Positions 10,011-20,462 of a stretch of DNA of 64,000 bases are shown here, one piece after another. The position numbers and the translations under genes are program-made. The first letter of the stretch is position 1, and every line of letters starts with the position of its first letter. Origin of the DNA: Plasmodiophora brassicae (taxonomy: Eukaryota); the NCBI GenBank assembly GCA_036867785.1, contig CP145421.1:372001-436000 (forward strand). Direction: 5' to 3'. The notes beneath the pieces were generated by a model, which was given only the letters and a program-made list of their open reading frames with translations, did not search any database and had not been told where the DNA came from.

Positions 10011-10776
10011 GCAGCCGACGTCGTGCTTCTGTGGGGAAAGCGGTGCGCGCCGCATTCAACGATGGCATCTGCCGTATGGACGCAGGGCGGCTGGTCGGCC
10101 GGCTGCCGTACGTCCGGTTTTCCACGTGCGAACGGACGTGCGGCGTGGCACACGGCGACCCCACAGGTACGCCCGCCTGGGCAGTTGTCGTACCGATACT
10201 AGTACCTGGACATCGTCGTACGTAACCCACTTCTTCACGACCCTGTCATCCGGGTGCATGTAGCCGACCAGGGAGCCATCGTTGAAGCGGGTGGCGCTGG
10301 CGCGACAGACCGGCCGATGCCGGAGGAAGGGGGCGGGGGGACGTGTGGCGCCAGCCTACGACAGATGCTAGTCGATGCGGGGCAACAATTCGCTCCGCTG
10401 CACTAGGAGGCTACAACTGAGTTTACTGACACATTACTGTTGCATGGAGAATGTCAGTGAATGACAAATAGTTTTCTCTTTACCTGCGTACAATATTACG
10501 CAGCGCGGAGTTGCCTCGCGCTTTGTGAGGGACACTCGAAAAATCGGTGCACAGTCACGTCTTCGTTCTTGTGCCCAGCCGCGTGCGCTATCGTCATGGA
10601 GTCTTTATCTGTAGCGTAATCTAATTTATATAGGTCGTTTCGACATTTGGTCTGGGAATATATGGAATGCGATCTGCGTAGTTATTTGCGCCCAGTCCAA
10701 GGACGTGATCAGCCGCCCTCCAACCGACGGTAGGTTCACCCGCGGAGTCCGCCACGGAGTCCGTAAACCGTTCACG

Positions 10777-12537
10777 ATGGGCAAGAAGCAGGACGCGAAA
10801 TCGGGGTTGGGGAATGCCATCCAGAACGCTGGCAATGCTCCCAGGACCCGAAAGCAGCGTCAGGATGTACGTAACAAACCCCTACCGACCATATCCGTAA
10901 GCCTGATCTGTTGTTGTACAGCGGCATTTGCAGGACGTTGGGGTTGATACGAAATCCAGCCTGTCGTCGATCATCGAACGCAACGACCTGGATGAGTTCG
11001 TTGCCGTTGCAATGCTTGAGCAGCGTGAATTCGTTGCGGAACGTGGCACTGTGCATATCGTGGATGATGGGACTAGTGACGTGTCGCTGCCCAAACCCAG
11101 TCGTCTTCCTGAAATGTATGACTACGCTGCGCTACCGATTCCTCGTCGGCCACCATGGACGACTGATATGACGCGAGATGAACTCGAGCAGCTTGAACGC
11201 ACCGCGTTCCTGGACTGGCGCCGCGACCTAGCACATCTGGCGGAACAGTCGAAACTGGCCATCACTCCGTATGAGAAGAACTTGGAGGTGTGGCGTCAGC
11301 TGTGGCGGGTCATGGAACGCAGTGACGTTGTCGTGCAAATTGTGGATGCGCGCAACCCACTGCTGTTTCTCTGCAAGGACATCGAAACCGTTGTCGGCCC
11401 CATAGGGAAACGTACCCTACTTGTTGTCAACAAGGCGGACTTCCTGTCGGAACACATGCGCCTCTGTTGGGCCGACTACTTCATCACGAAGGGCATCGAA
11501 TTTGTTTTCTTCTCCGCCAAGAACGAACAGATCCGTCGCGAATCTGAAATTGCTGAAAGCCAGTCCGGCGACGATGATGAGGAGCCTGTCCAACGGGGCG
11601 AGGAGCAAGTGGAAGTTGCCCCTATCACTCCGATATCGATTCTCGACACGGCCCAACTCATCGACCGCTTCTTGTCTGTCGTTAACGTTGATCGCACGAT
11701 CACAGTTGGCCTGATCGGCTACCCGAACGTCGGCAAGAGCTCCATCATTAATGCGCTGATGGGCGAGAAACGCGTCGGCGTCGCATCAATGCCTGGGAAG
11801 ACGCGCCACTTTCAGACACTGATCTTGAGCGACCGCGTCACCCTCTGCGATTGTCCCGGGCTGGTGTTCCCGACGTTCATGAACTCGCAGGCCGATTTGG
11901 TCGTCAACGGAATCCTACCCATCGATCGGCTGCGGGATTTCCTTTCGCCATGTGAACTGGTTGCGTCCCGTGTCGAACGTCTCCAGTTCCAGAACCTATA
12001 CGGGCTTCGGTTCCCTGTCGACTTAGAACAACTAACGGGACGTGACGTTCTTGTTGAGTTCGCGCGTGTTCGCGGCCTTGTCACCGGTCGTGCTTTACCT
12101 GATGAGGCCATGGCCGCCAGGTACATATTGAAGGACTTCACGAATGGCAGGCTACTATACTGTCATCCCCCACCGAATTGCAACACGACCCTGTTCCTGA
12201 AGAGTATCACTGCGGAATCTCTGCAGATGTGCCGTCCACAAAAGGTTAGCCGAATTGCGGGACGATGCTTCCTCATTTCTCATCATGGTTACTGTACTGC
12301 CAGGCGTCACCTTCTACGACCTCCGTCGATAGCATCCTCGAATCTGTAGTGACACCTGCGAACCCAATGGCTGGCCGATCGGGATGGAGCATGAAGAAGG
12401 AAATGCGGCAAGCGAAGGCTCGAGCGAAAGCTCACGAGCGAGGTCGCCTAGCGGCAGAAGTTGACGTTGCGTCGCAGGAAGGTTCCAAGGCGCGGGCTGG
12501 AAAGTCCCGTAATGTTATTGCTATTACTGGATATTAA
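10777..12537 (+). CDS. LSG1: Large subunit GTPase 1 (60S maturation), spliced
   Basis: PIPRRPPW, TPYEKNLEVWRQLWRVMERSDVVVQIVDARNPL, NKAD, GYPNVGKSS, PGKTRHF, DCPGLVFP, GRLLYCHPPP. Introns at ~10867-10933 and ~12245-12303. Confidence 0.95.
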
Positions 12538-12580
12538 ACATATGTTCATACGGAAGGCCCCCGCATGCTTGTATGTCTTT

Positions 12581-14818
12581 CTACCAAACGGCACACCTTT
12601 CCGCAGGGTCGCGCCACATTGGCGCCCCAGGTGCGACTCCAAACGCCTTGTAGAATTCAACGAGATTGGACAGTGGACCGTTAACGCGAAGAGAACCGGG
12701 CGCGTGCGGATCGGTGATAAGGCGCTGAAGGGCAGCCTCAGGACGAATAACGTTTCGCCAGATCTGGTTTGACGTCACAAATAGTGCCGACAGTAACCAG
12801 GCTTCATGGCCTTACCTGAGCCCATGACAAGAAAAAGCGCTGATGTGGTGTGAACCCGTCAATGACGGATCCGTTCACGTCAGAATGATCTCGGAGGAAT
12901 TGGTCCAAAGCGGCATGTGCAATCTTGAGCCCGCCGAGGTCAGCGATGTTCTCACCCTGCGTGAGCTTTCCATTAACAGGCTTCCCTTCGACCGTGTAGC
13001 TGTCGAACTGTTTGATGATGACATCAGCACGTGCCTTGAACGCATCAGCGTCCGAAGGCGTCCACCAGTCTGTCAGGTTTCCGTCCCAGGCGTACTTACG
13101 TCCCTGGTCGTCGAAGCCATGTGTCATCTCGTGTCCTGAGACAAGCGGGCATATCGGTATGCAGCGGACACAACGGTTACAGCAGTTCAAGTACCAATGA
13201 CGGCTCCGATGGCGCCCAAGTTGACGGGAACGTCGCCAAACGGCATTTCGCTCGTTGGGGGGATGAAGAACGGCGGCTGAAGGATCGCAGCAGGGAACAC
13301 AATCTCTGTCCTCAGGGTCAGATGAGTGATGTAACCCCAACTCCACCGGCGACAAACCGTTCAGCTCAGGATTGAAGTAGGCGTTGACCATGAAAGGCGG
13401 CATGTGCCACTGCGTCCGGTCGACGGGTTTGTTAAGCCGTTCTATCTCGCGACGCCGATCATCGATGGCCCCCGCCCACTCGTTAACAACGTAAGGCAAC
13501 TTGGCTGACACTTGGACGCGCGAATAATCCTCCCACTTGTCAGGGAACCCAATTTTGACACCAAAAGCATCCAGCTTGCGCAAAGCGTTCTTCTTGGTCT
13601 CCGACCCCATCCACTCGAGCCCTTCAAGGCGCTTCCGGAGCGATTCCTTCAGCCAGGCCACCATCTCTATGCAGCGTTGTTTGGCAACCTCAGGGAAATG
13701 TCGCTGCACGTAGAGTTGCGCAAGAGGCGTTTCCAGGCGAGACCCCACAACAGACAGAACACGTTTCCACCGCGGCTTCGGTTCTTGCTGCCCTTCCAAC
13801 GTCTTCTGGAAGAATTCAAAGTCCTCGTTAACGAACTTGGCTGACAGAAACGGAGCAGCGCCCGACAGCAGGTGCCAACGCAAATACGTGTGCCACGTGT
13901 CAGTCTTCGCGTCGTTCAGCAGTTCCGCCAGCTTCGTCAGGAACGCGGGGTTGTCCACGATGATGGGCATATCCTCAGCCGATATACCGATGCCGTCAAA
14001 GTACGCACGGATCGCTTCGACGGATAGACCTGTGGCGTTGGCCAGTTCAGCCACAGACCCAAACTTGTTGTACACACGGTGCGGATCGCGCCGTTCAGTC
14101 CGCGTCAAGCTAGCTTCAGCAAGAACGGTCTCAAGCCGCAGAATCTCGCGAGCACGTTCATGTCCGTCTGCGTGGCCCAGCATGGACAGCATCTTCGCAA
14201 CGTGGGCCACGAACTTCTCTCGAATCTCGGCTTTATCAGGCAGAGTGTAGTAATCGCGATCTGGCAAGCTCAGGCTGAAGAATAGCATGAGCGCGCTCAC
14301 GATTGACGTGGTTTGTGGCGTCACGTACCCGCTTTGGTAGAGGTGAAGAAGGACCCAACTGGAGTTCTTGCTGTCTGGGCTGGCACTCATTGCGAAGCAG
14401 CACGATACACCTAGTTTGTGCAGGTGGCCGACTGCCCGCATCAGTGCATGGGCACTGGTTGCTGACGAAATCCGTTGGAATTCGGGCTCGAGCGGCGTGA
14501 CACCAGCTGTCTACGCAACGTCAGTACGACTTGAACGGGAACAACGTCCATCCTTACTTCACAGAGTCCTTCGTTCATACCCGACGAATAGAACGCGCCA
14601 ACCTGAGTATCATCAGCTGCTTCCTCGACAATGGCCTTCAGGTACTCGCGATTGCGTTCGGCGAGCACCTCGAACGTGCCGAATCGCGCGAACTCGCCTG
14701 GCGGCGTCGGATTCGCATCCAGCCATGCGCCATTAGCGAACCGGTAGAAGTCGTCGCCCGGCGGCGTGCTCCTGTCCAGGTTGCCGACACTGATCGCTGG
14801 CGCCTCCCCCGACGCCAT
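12581..14818 (-). CDS. M13 family zinc metallopeptidase (neprilysin/PepO-like), spliced
   Basis: PGDDFYRFANGAWL, LPDRDYY, VNAYFNP, GHEMTHGFDDQGR (HExxH), GENIADLGGL, DPHAPGSLRVNGPLSN, ending CAVW. An upstream in-frame start is possible. Confidence 0.93.
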
Positions 14819-15223
14819 CCGCGCCTGCCCCGGGCCGCACCGCCCGATCGCGATCCAAAATATGCTTCCAGCGGTAGTGGTACGACGTCCCAACCTAGCC
14901 AAGACGGATCCAGCGTACATTGCGACGAACAGCGCGAACCCTGTACAACAGTGAACAGGGCCAGCACCCCCGTCAGTCTCCATATACGACATCGCCATGA
15001 TGGCACCCTTACGTGTCCAACGAAACACTGCCTGCATCGCGCCGCCTCGGGGGCCACGATCTACCCAGCAGGCCAAAAGCGGAGATTGTGATGAATGGGC
15101 GACAGGCGTTCATCAGTTCGCAGCGGCGTTTGCAACTTGGTCGATTCTGCGGGACTGCAGGCGCAGTCGACTGCTTCCGAGTGCGATCGACGCAGGCTAC
15201 GGTGTTCGGGTCCACGTCGACCC

Positions 15224-16011
15224 ATGGCGGACGATAAGGACAGGGTCCTGATGCGGCTACGCGATCGGCCGCTGTCGAGGCTGGAGCTGAGCGGTGCCGA
15301 GCAGGGCATCGTGGTGCGGCTGGCGGCTGAAGGTCAGGTAGGTCGTGTCGAACTGGACGCGGCCGACGTCGAATCGGTCGACATCGTTTGCCGCGTTTGT
15401 AGTAGTGGCAGTTCGTCGTGTCCCAAGGGCGATCTGCAAACGCCAACGAGGTTTACAATTCCGCTGGCGTGACTTGTTGCGCTTTCGTAATGTGTTCGTA
15501 GGTCCACGCCGGGCGGTCTTAGGTCCACACCGACATCCTCTGGGCGTAAGCGCTTACGAGACCTGACTCCGATCAAGGTTTCTCTGCCCTTGTTCCGAAA
15601 TCGTGTCCAGTTGTCATTAACGTTCTGTTAGCCTCTGGGCAAGGCCGCGTCCTTCATGACCCCAAAGCGCCGCGCTGTGGCGCCCGCTGCGAACCGTGTT
15701 GTCGATCTCGAGCGAGAGATTTCGTCCCTGCAGGCATCACTTGCGAAAGACCACCAAATCGTGAGTACTGCCGGCATTCAGTAAGCCCGCACGCTCGCTG
15801 ACGGAGGCTGGCGTAGGCAGAGACAGAGCGTCTGAATGGCCTTGCCGACCGATGGACATCGGCTGTGCAGGAAATGCTCGGCGACATGATGAACCTGGCC
15901 CGTCAGTCCAGCACTTCAGACACACAGGCGACCATGGCTGGTCTTCTTCAGCACATGCGTATCGACCCCGAACTGGTCCGTTTCGATGCGAACGAGGACA
16001 CATTCGTCTAG
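15224..16011 (+). CDS. SFR1/Mei5-like recombination mediator subunit, multi-exon
   Basis: The last exon translates ETERLNGLADRWTSAVQEMLGDMMNLARQSSTSDTQATMAGLLQHMRIDPELVRFDANEDTFV*, matching the Sfr1/Mei5 C-terminal pattern. Start is assumed at MADDKDRV. Confidence 0.6.
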
Positions 16012-16047
16012 ATGCCCTCGAATGAACACTGAAATAATATACGAAAT

Positions 16048-16866
16048 TTAACGATTGAACAGAATGAACAGAGCGATCGCAGCCACGACAACGAAGATGA
16101 ACAGGAGCTTGCACATGCGCGATCTGGCGTTTCTCTGGTAATGCTGGGCTCTCTGCACCTCCTGGTACCCGCTGCGCGTGTAGTCCGCCGTGCTCGTTAT
16201 GTTATCGGCGATGGTGGTAATGGATTCCTGCTGTGCTTCGACAAGTAGGCTCATATCTTTGAACATGTCGTTCAGTTCCACGACGTCGCGTTCGATCTGC
16301 TGAATCTCCGCTTCGGTCTCCTGAATCTGCCGAGCCTGATCTGCAGCCATATCGATCTGAATCTGCTCCTGCTCCTGCGAAAGAAGCGGCTCTCGAGATT
16401 GGGTCGCGAAATCGTCACGAGCTAATCGAAACGGTATTAGTCGCCACACGGAACAATCCGTCATGTCAATCGCTTACGTAAGGTGGACGATGGAGACTGC
16501 CGTTTCGCTTCAAACAGAGCTCGTCGCTCGTGGTCAGCAATCCGTTCGGCAAGACCTTGCGTCTTCTTGATCTCTTTCTCAAGCGTCCGCTTCAGCTTCT
16601 GGAATCGGGCACGCTCGGTCACGTCAGCCGAACCCATCGTGCCTGTTGCGTCTTTTAACGATTGTGCGATCTCCTTAGCTGTCGACAAACAGTTATCAGA
16701 CGTCACGTTGGTGAATTGCGACTGACCACCTACCAAGGTTCATGGCGGCCTCGACCTGGCAACGCAAATCGCGAGGCGAGACGCGCCCCATGCGATCCAT
16801 GGTGCGCCGGATGGCGGCATTCTGCGAGGTGAGTCCCTGGAGCCGGGCCGTGGCATCGGTGAGCAT
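16048..16866 (-). CDS. Qa-SNARE syntaxin (syntaxin-7/12-like), spliced
   Basis: SNARE motif EIQQIERDVVELNDMFKDMSLLVEAQQESITTIADNI, a C-terminal TM anchor, and helical Habc exons upstream. The start is uncertain. Confidence 0.85.
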
Positions 16867-17347
16867 GGCACCGGCGCCGATCTCGAGGAGCTCCACGGTG
16901 AGGCCACTCGACGAATGGACTTGATTCGACGTTTTGATGCACGCGCTCTCTGACCGACACCACACGCAAAAATCAGGTCGCACTCTTTCGGCACTCCGTC
17001 TCTGGACTCTCTGCCCCGCTGTCGCTGACGAGTGACGAGTGACGACCCAAATTCCAGCACGTTCAATGATTCCCGTCACAGTGCCAGATTACACGACGCG
17101 CTTCAACCACTTCGCTATCGGAACGTGCGTCATTCATTGCGAGAAGGCGATGACAAAGTGTGCCCGAGAATAAAAGGCGTTCACCGGTGCGATTGACGGC
17201 AGTGTGAACTGACGCATGATGTGTTCGTGGGTTTTCGCTGGCGCCAGACTGCTCCCGTAATAAAGTCAGCGTCTACGAAGCGACAACGTTGGAGTCACGA
17301 ACCGCCGCACCTAAAACGATTCCGGATTGCGGGACCGGCTGGCGCTA

Positions 17348-18073
17348 ATGGCGGCAACTCGTGGCACGTTTGCATTCGGGCGGATTGTGCTGGACACGCG
17401 GCAAGTGTTCTTCGAGAGCCCGCTTAGCTATGGTAGGACGGGGCAAGCCGCTCTCCTCCTGTAACCTACTTAGCCGTCGCCGGGCAGCTACCGTCAATCT
17501 GAAGCCGCTTGTAGAGGGGCATGTCCTAGTCCTGCCGAAAAGGTGTATCGACAGGTTGATGATTATGTGCGAGGCTTTATGTAAGCATTCGATCATATTT
17601 ATTGGCGACTGCCTACATAGGTTCAATCTGTTAAACGATGACGAAGTGACGGACCTTTGGCGAAGTGTTCACCGAGTTTCGAGAGCATTGGAGGGGCATT
17701 ACAAGTGTAGGACCGTACGGTGAAACCGTTATGACGACGCTCCTAACAATGATGGTGTGCCTCGTGCGCAGGCGATGCATTTACGTTTGCCATCCAAGAC
17801 GGGAAGCACGCGGGGCAAAGGTCCCTACTTATCGTTGTTGCGTTGTGGATGGCCGCTCTGACTACTGCGGCCCGTAGTGTACCCCATGTGCACGTGCACG
17901 TCCTGCCGCGCCGCATTGGTGACTTCACGCCCAATGACGCCATCTATACGGCCCTGGACGTACACAACGCCAACCCGCTCCAGGTCGAGCATGATGATTT
18001 GCGCCCTCCTAGGTCCGTTGAGGAGATGCAACGAGAGGCCGATGTGCTTCGGTCATTGTTCATGCAAACTTAA
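17348..18073 (+). CDS. FHIT: Bis(5'-adenosyl)-triphosphatase, HIT family, 5 exons
   Basis: VNLKPLVEGHVLV, EVTDLW, AIQDGKHAGQ/SVPHVHVHVLPRRIGDF, PRSVEEMQREA. Confidence 0.92.
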
Positions 18074-18132
18074 GCCTACGCTTCCCAGCCCGTTCTGCAA
18101 GCGGTGTTCGACAGCAAACGAGTGCCCCTCTT

Positions 18133-20172
18133 TTACGTTTGAGTAGAGGACGTTGTTGTCACCGTCTCGCGAACCACGGGCGCCGGCTGGCGTGATCCTG
18201 TGCCCGTGCTCGGTGTCGTCGTCGCGGGCGCAGGCTCGTTTGTCGTCGGGGCCGTGGTCGGCGACGGCGACGTTTGTACGACGATGGTCGCCGCGGGCTG
18301 CTGAGGCGTCGTCGTCACCTGCTGCGATGGCTGCAGAGGCGTCGTCGTCACCTGCTGCGATGGCTGCTGAGGCGTCGTCGTCACCTGCTGCGATGGCTGC
18401 AGAGGCGTCGTCGTCACCTGCTGCGATGGCTGCTGAGGCGTCGTCGTCACCTGCTGCGATGGCTGCAGAGGCGTCGTCGTCACCTGCTGCGATGGCTGCT
18501 GAGGCGTCGTCGTCACCTGCTGCGATGGCTGCTGAGGCGTCGTCGTCACCTGCTGCGATGGCTGCTCAGTCGATGCGTTCGGTGCTGTTGCTGTTGGAGC
18601 CTGTCCTGCGGCGGCAGGCGCTGCTGTCGACGGCAGTGGTTGTGACGCAGCTGGTGTCGGCGTTGTCGCCTGCGTTGGAGTCGCTGCTGCCGGGGCTGGT
18701 GTCGGTGCGGGCGTTGGTGCCGGTGTAGGAGCCGGCGTTGCCTGCGTTGGCATCGTCGTAGTCGGCTGCTCCGTCGTCGTCTTCCGTGATGATGCCGACG
18801 ATGACGCTGGTTCATGCGAAGCGTCCATGATGAAGTTGTCGTCAGACTTCAAGGGGCCGTTTCGCGATGACGACGACCTCGCCGACGACGTGGACCCGCC
18901 GTTGCCGTGCGCCTTCGTGGCCCGAACGACGACAACCTTGGCCTTGCTCGTCTTTTTCGACGCCGACTCATCATCTTCAGCGTCTTCATCATCGTCCTGC
19001 TCCTGCTTCTTGGATTTCTTCGCCGGTTTCGGCTTCTTGGGTTCCTTCGACTTCACTGTCGCCGACTTCGTCGCATCCGGGTTTGCGCCGAACTTCTTCG
19101 TCTCCTCATCCATGGCACCCGGCGTCGCCTTGAAGTAGTCGTCAATGGAGTCGTCAGGCTGGAACCCGAGCGACGATGACCCAGCGATGGACGCCTTCTG
19201 CTCGTTGTTATCGCTTTCTTCGTCCTCGTCAGACGACGATTCGTCGTCTCCACCGGACCCGAATCCGAACCAGCTGCTCCTTGGCTTCTTCTTTGACACG
19301 GTATCCTCGTCATCGTCTTCCTCACCCTCGGCCTTCTTCGCCTTCCGGTTGCGCGTGTCACCTTCTTCCGGTCCATCGGATTCAACACCCTCGTCCTCAT
19401 CGCTGGACGATGGCGCGTTGGGCATCTCGTCGTCATCGCCGGACGGCGATGGCGAATCCTGCATATCATCATCGTTATCGCTGCCGTCACGTGGCGTCGG
19501 CGCCGTCTTCTGGCGTTTCATGGTGGCACGGACGACATCACCCCCCGTCACCGCCTTTGACTGATGCTGTTTGCTCTTCTTCGACGACGCTGGCGCGTTC
19601 TTCGGTTTCGGATGAAGGCTGCTGGACGCTTTCCTACCCGTTGTCGGCTGGCCAGGAACTGTCCATCCATCCTTCAACGCATTCGTGGACGGGCTCGACG
19701 GGTTGCCGTTAACGCTGACGCCCGAGTTGCTGTTGAAGTTCGCGCTCGGGTTGCTGTTGAAGCTGGCGCTCGGGTTGCTGTTGAAGCTGGCGCTCGGGTT
19801 GCTGTTGAAGCTGGCGCTCGGGTTGCTGTTGAAGCTGGCGCCCGGGTTGACGTTGAAAGTGCTGCTCGGGTTGCTGTTGAAGCCGACGTTGCTGTTCGGG
19901 CTATTGAAATGGTTGTTGGTACTGAAGCTGTTGGATGGCTGCACGAAGTTTGGTGGCGCCTGCATGAAGTTGTTGTTCAACGGTGGCGGGCCCTGCGGCG
20001 CGGCTGGTGGCGCATTGAACGTGTTGCCACCGTTGAACGTCGTCGAGGGCCCAGTGAACCCGTTCAGTCGCCCCACCTGTAACGCGGCGAACCTCTTGAA
20101 TCTGGCATGGCCTTGCGAGACAGCGGCAAGGGCGACAACGACAGCGACTGCGACCATCATGGATGGCTTCAT
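18133..20172 (-). CDS. Secreted low-complexity repeat protein (Asn/Phe-rich, acidic-basic and mucin-like Thr/Pro/Gln regions)
   Basis: Intronless ORF with signal peptide MKPSMMVAVAVVVALAAVSQGHA and in-frame tandem repeats. No recognisable domain. Confidence 0.8.
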   Translation of the reverse strand: MKPSMMVAVAVVVALAAVSQGHARFKRFAALQVGRLNGFTGPSTTFNGGNTFNAPPAAPQGPPPLNNNFMQAPPNFVQPSNSFSTNNHFNSPNSNVGFNSNPSSTFNVNPGASFNSNPSASFNSNPSASFNSNPSASFNSNPSANFNSNSGVSVNGNPSSPSTNALKDGWTVPGQPTTGRKASSSLHPKPKNAPASSKKSKQHQSKAVTGGDVVRATMKRQKTAPTPRDGSDNDDDMQDSPSPSGDDDEMPNAPSSSDEDEGVESDGPEEGDTRNRKAKKAEGEEDDDEDTVSKKKPRSSWFGFGSGGDDESSSDEDEESDNNEQKASIAGSSSLGFQPDDSIDDYFKATPGAMDEETKKFGANPDATKSATVKSKEPKKPKPAKKSKKQEQDDDEDAEDDESASKKTSKAKVVVVRATKAHGNGGSTSSARSSSSRNGPLKSDDNFIMDASHEPASSSASSRKTTTEQPTTTMPTQATPAPTPAPTPAPTPAPAAATPTQATTPTPAASQPLPSTAAPAAAGQAPTATAPNASTEQPSQQVTTTPQQPSQQVTTTPQQPSQQVTTTPLQPSQQVTTTPQQPSQQVTTTPLQPSQQVTTTPQQPSQQVTTTPLQPSQQVTTTPQQPAATIVVQTSPSPTTAPTTNEPAPATTTPSTGTGSRQPAPVVRETVTTTSSTQT
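18298..18566 (-). repeat. 33-bp coding tandem repeat x8 (xQPSQQVTTTP)
   Basis: The unit GGCTGC(T/A)GAGGCGTCGTCGTCACCTGCTGCGAT is repeated, with QQ and LQ variants alternating. Confidence 0.95.
19725..19885 (-). repeat. 24-bp coding tandem repeat (FNSNPSAS)
   Basis: The unit GCGCTCGGGTTGCTGTTGAAGCTG occurs about 4 times plus degenerate copies. Confidence 0.9.
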
Positions 20173-20462
20173 GGTCCTCGGGTTTGGGCGACGGCTGATT
20201 CGCTGCTGGGGCGAGTTTGAATTCTGGGGGTCGAACCGGAACATCCGCCTTCATCTTCCTATCGTGACTCACGCGTTTACCTTGACTCACCTGCGACGAT
20301 CCGGCCATCGCGTAAAGGCACCCGAACTTGACATCATTCGTTACGTGCATGACGGGCGAGTGGGGGAGGGTTCGTTCTCGAACAAATTTCGGGTGGTCGA
20401 CATCAGTGTTCTAGATCAGCAGCCGGACAGTGCCCCTAACAGGTTCGTGGCGTTCACGTGAC

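Noticed and set aside
5540-10630. Helitron or TIR/Pack-MULE termini bounding the mosaic island
   Set aside because: I found no convincing TIR pair, TSD, or hairpin-plus-CTRR end by eye.
17120-17226. Weak inverted similarity (TGCGTCA / TGACGCA) between the syntaxin and FHIT genes
   Set aside because: Too short and gapped to distinguish from chance.
18298-18566. Regular ~30-bp repeats resembling a CRISPR array (also 7196-7357)
   Set aside because: There are no unique spacers. The units are in-frame multiples of 3 inside eukaryotic coding sequence, and there are no cas genes.
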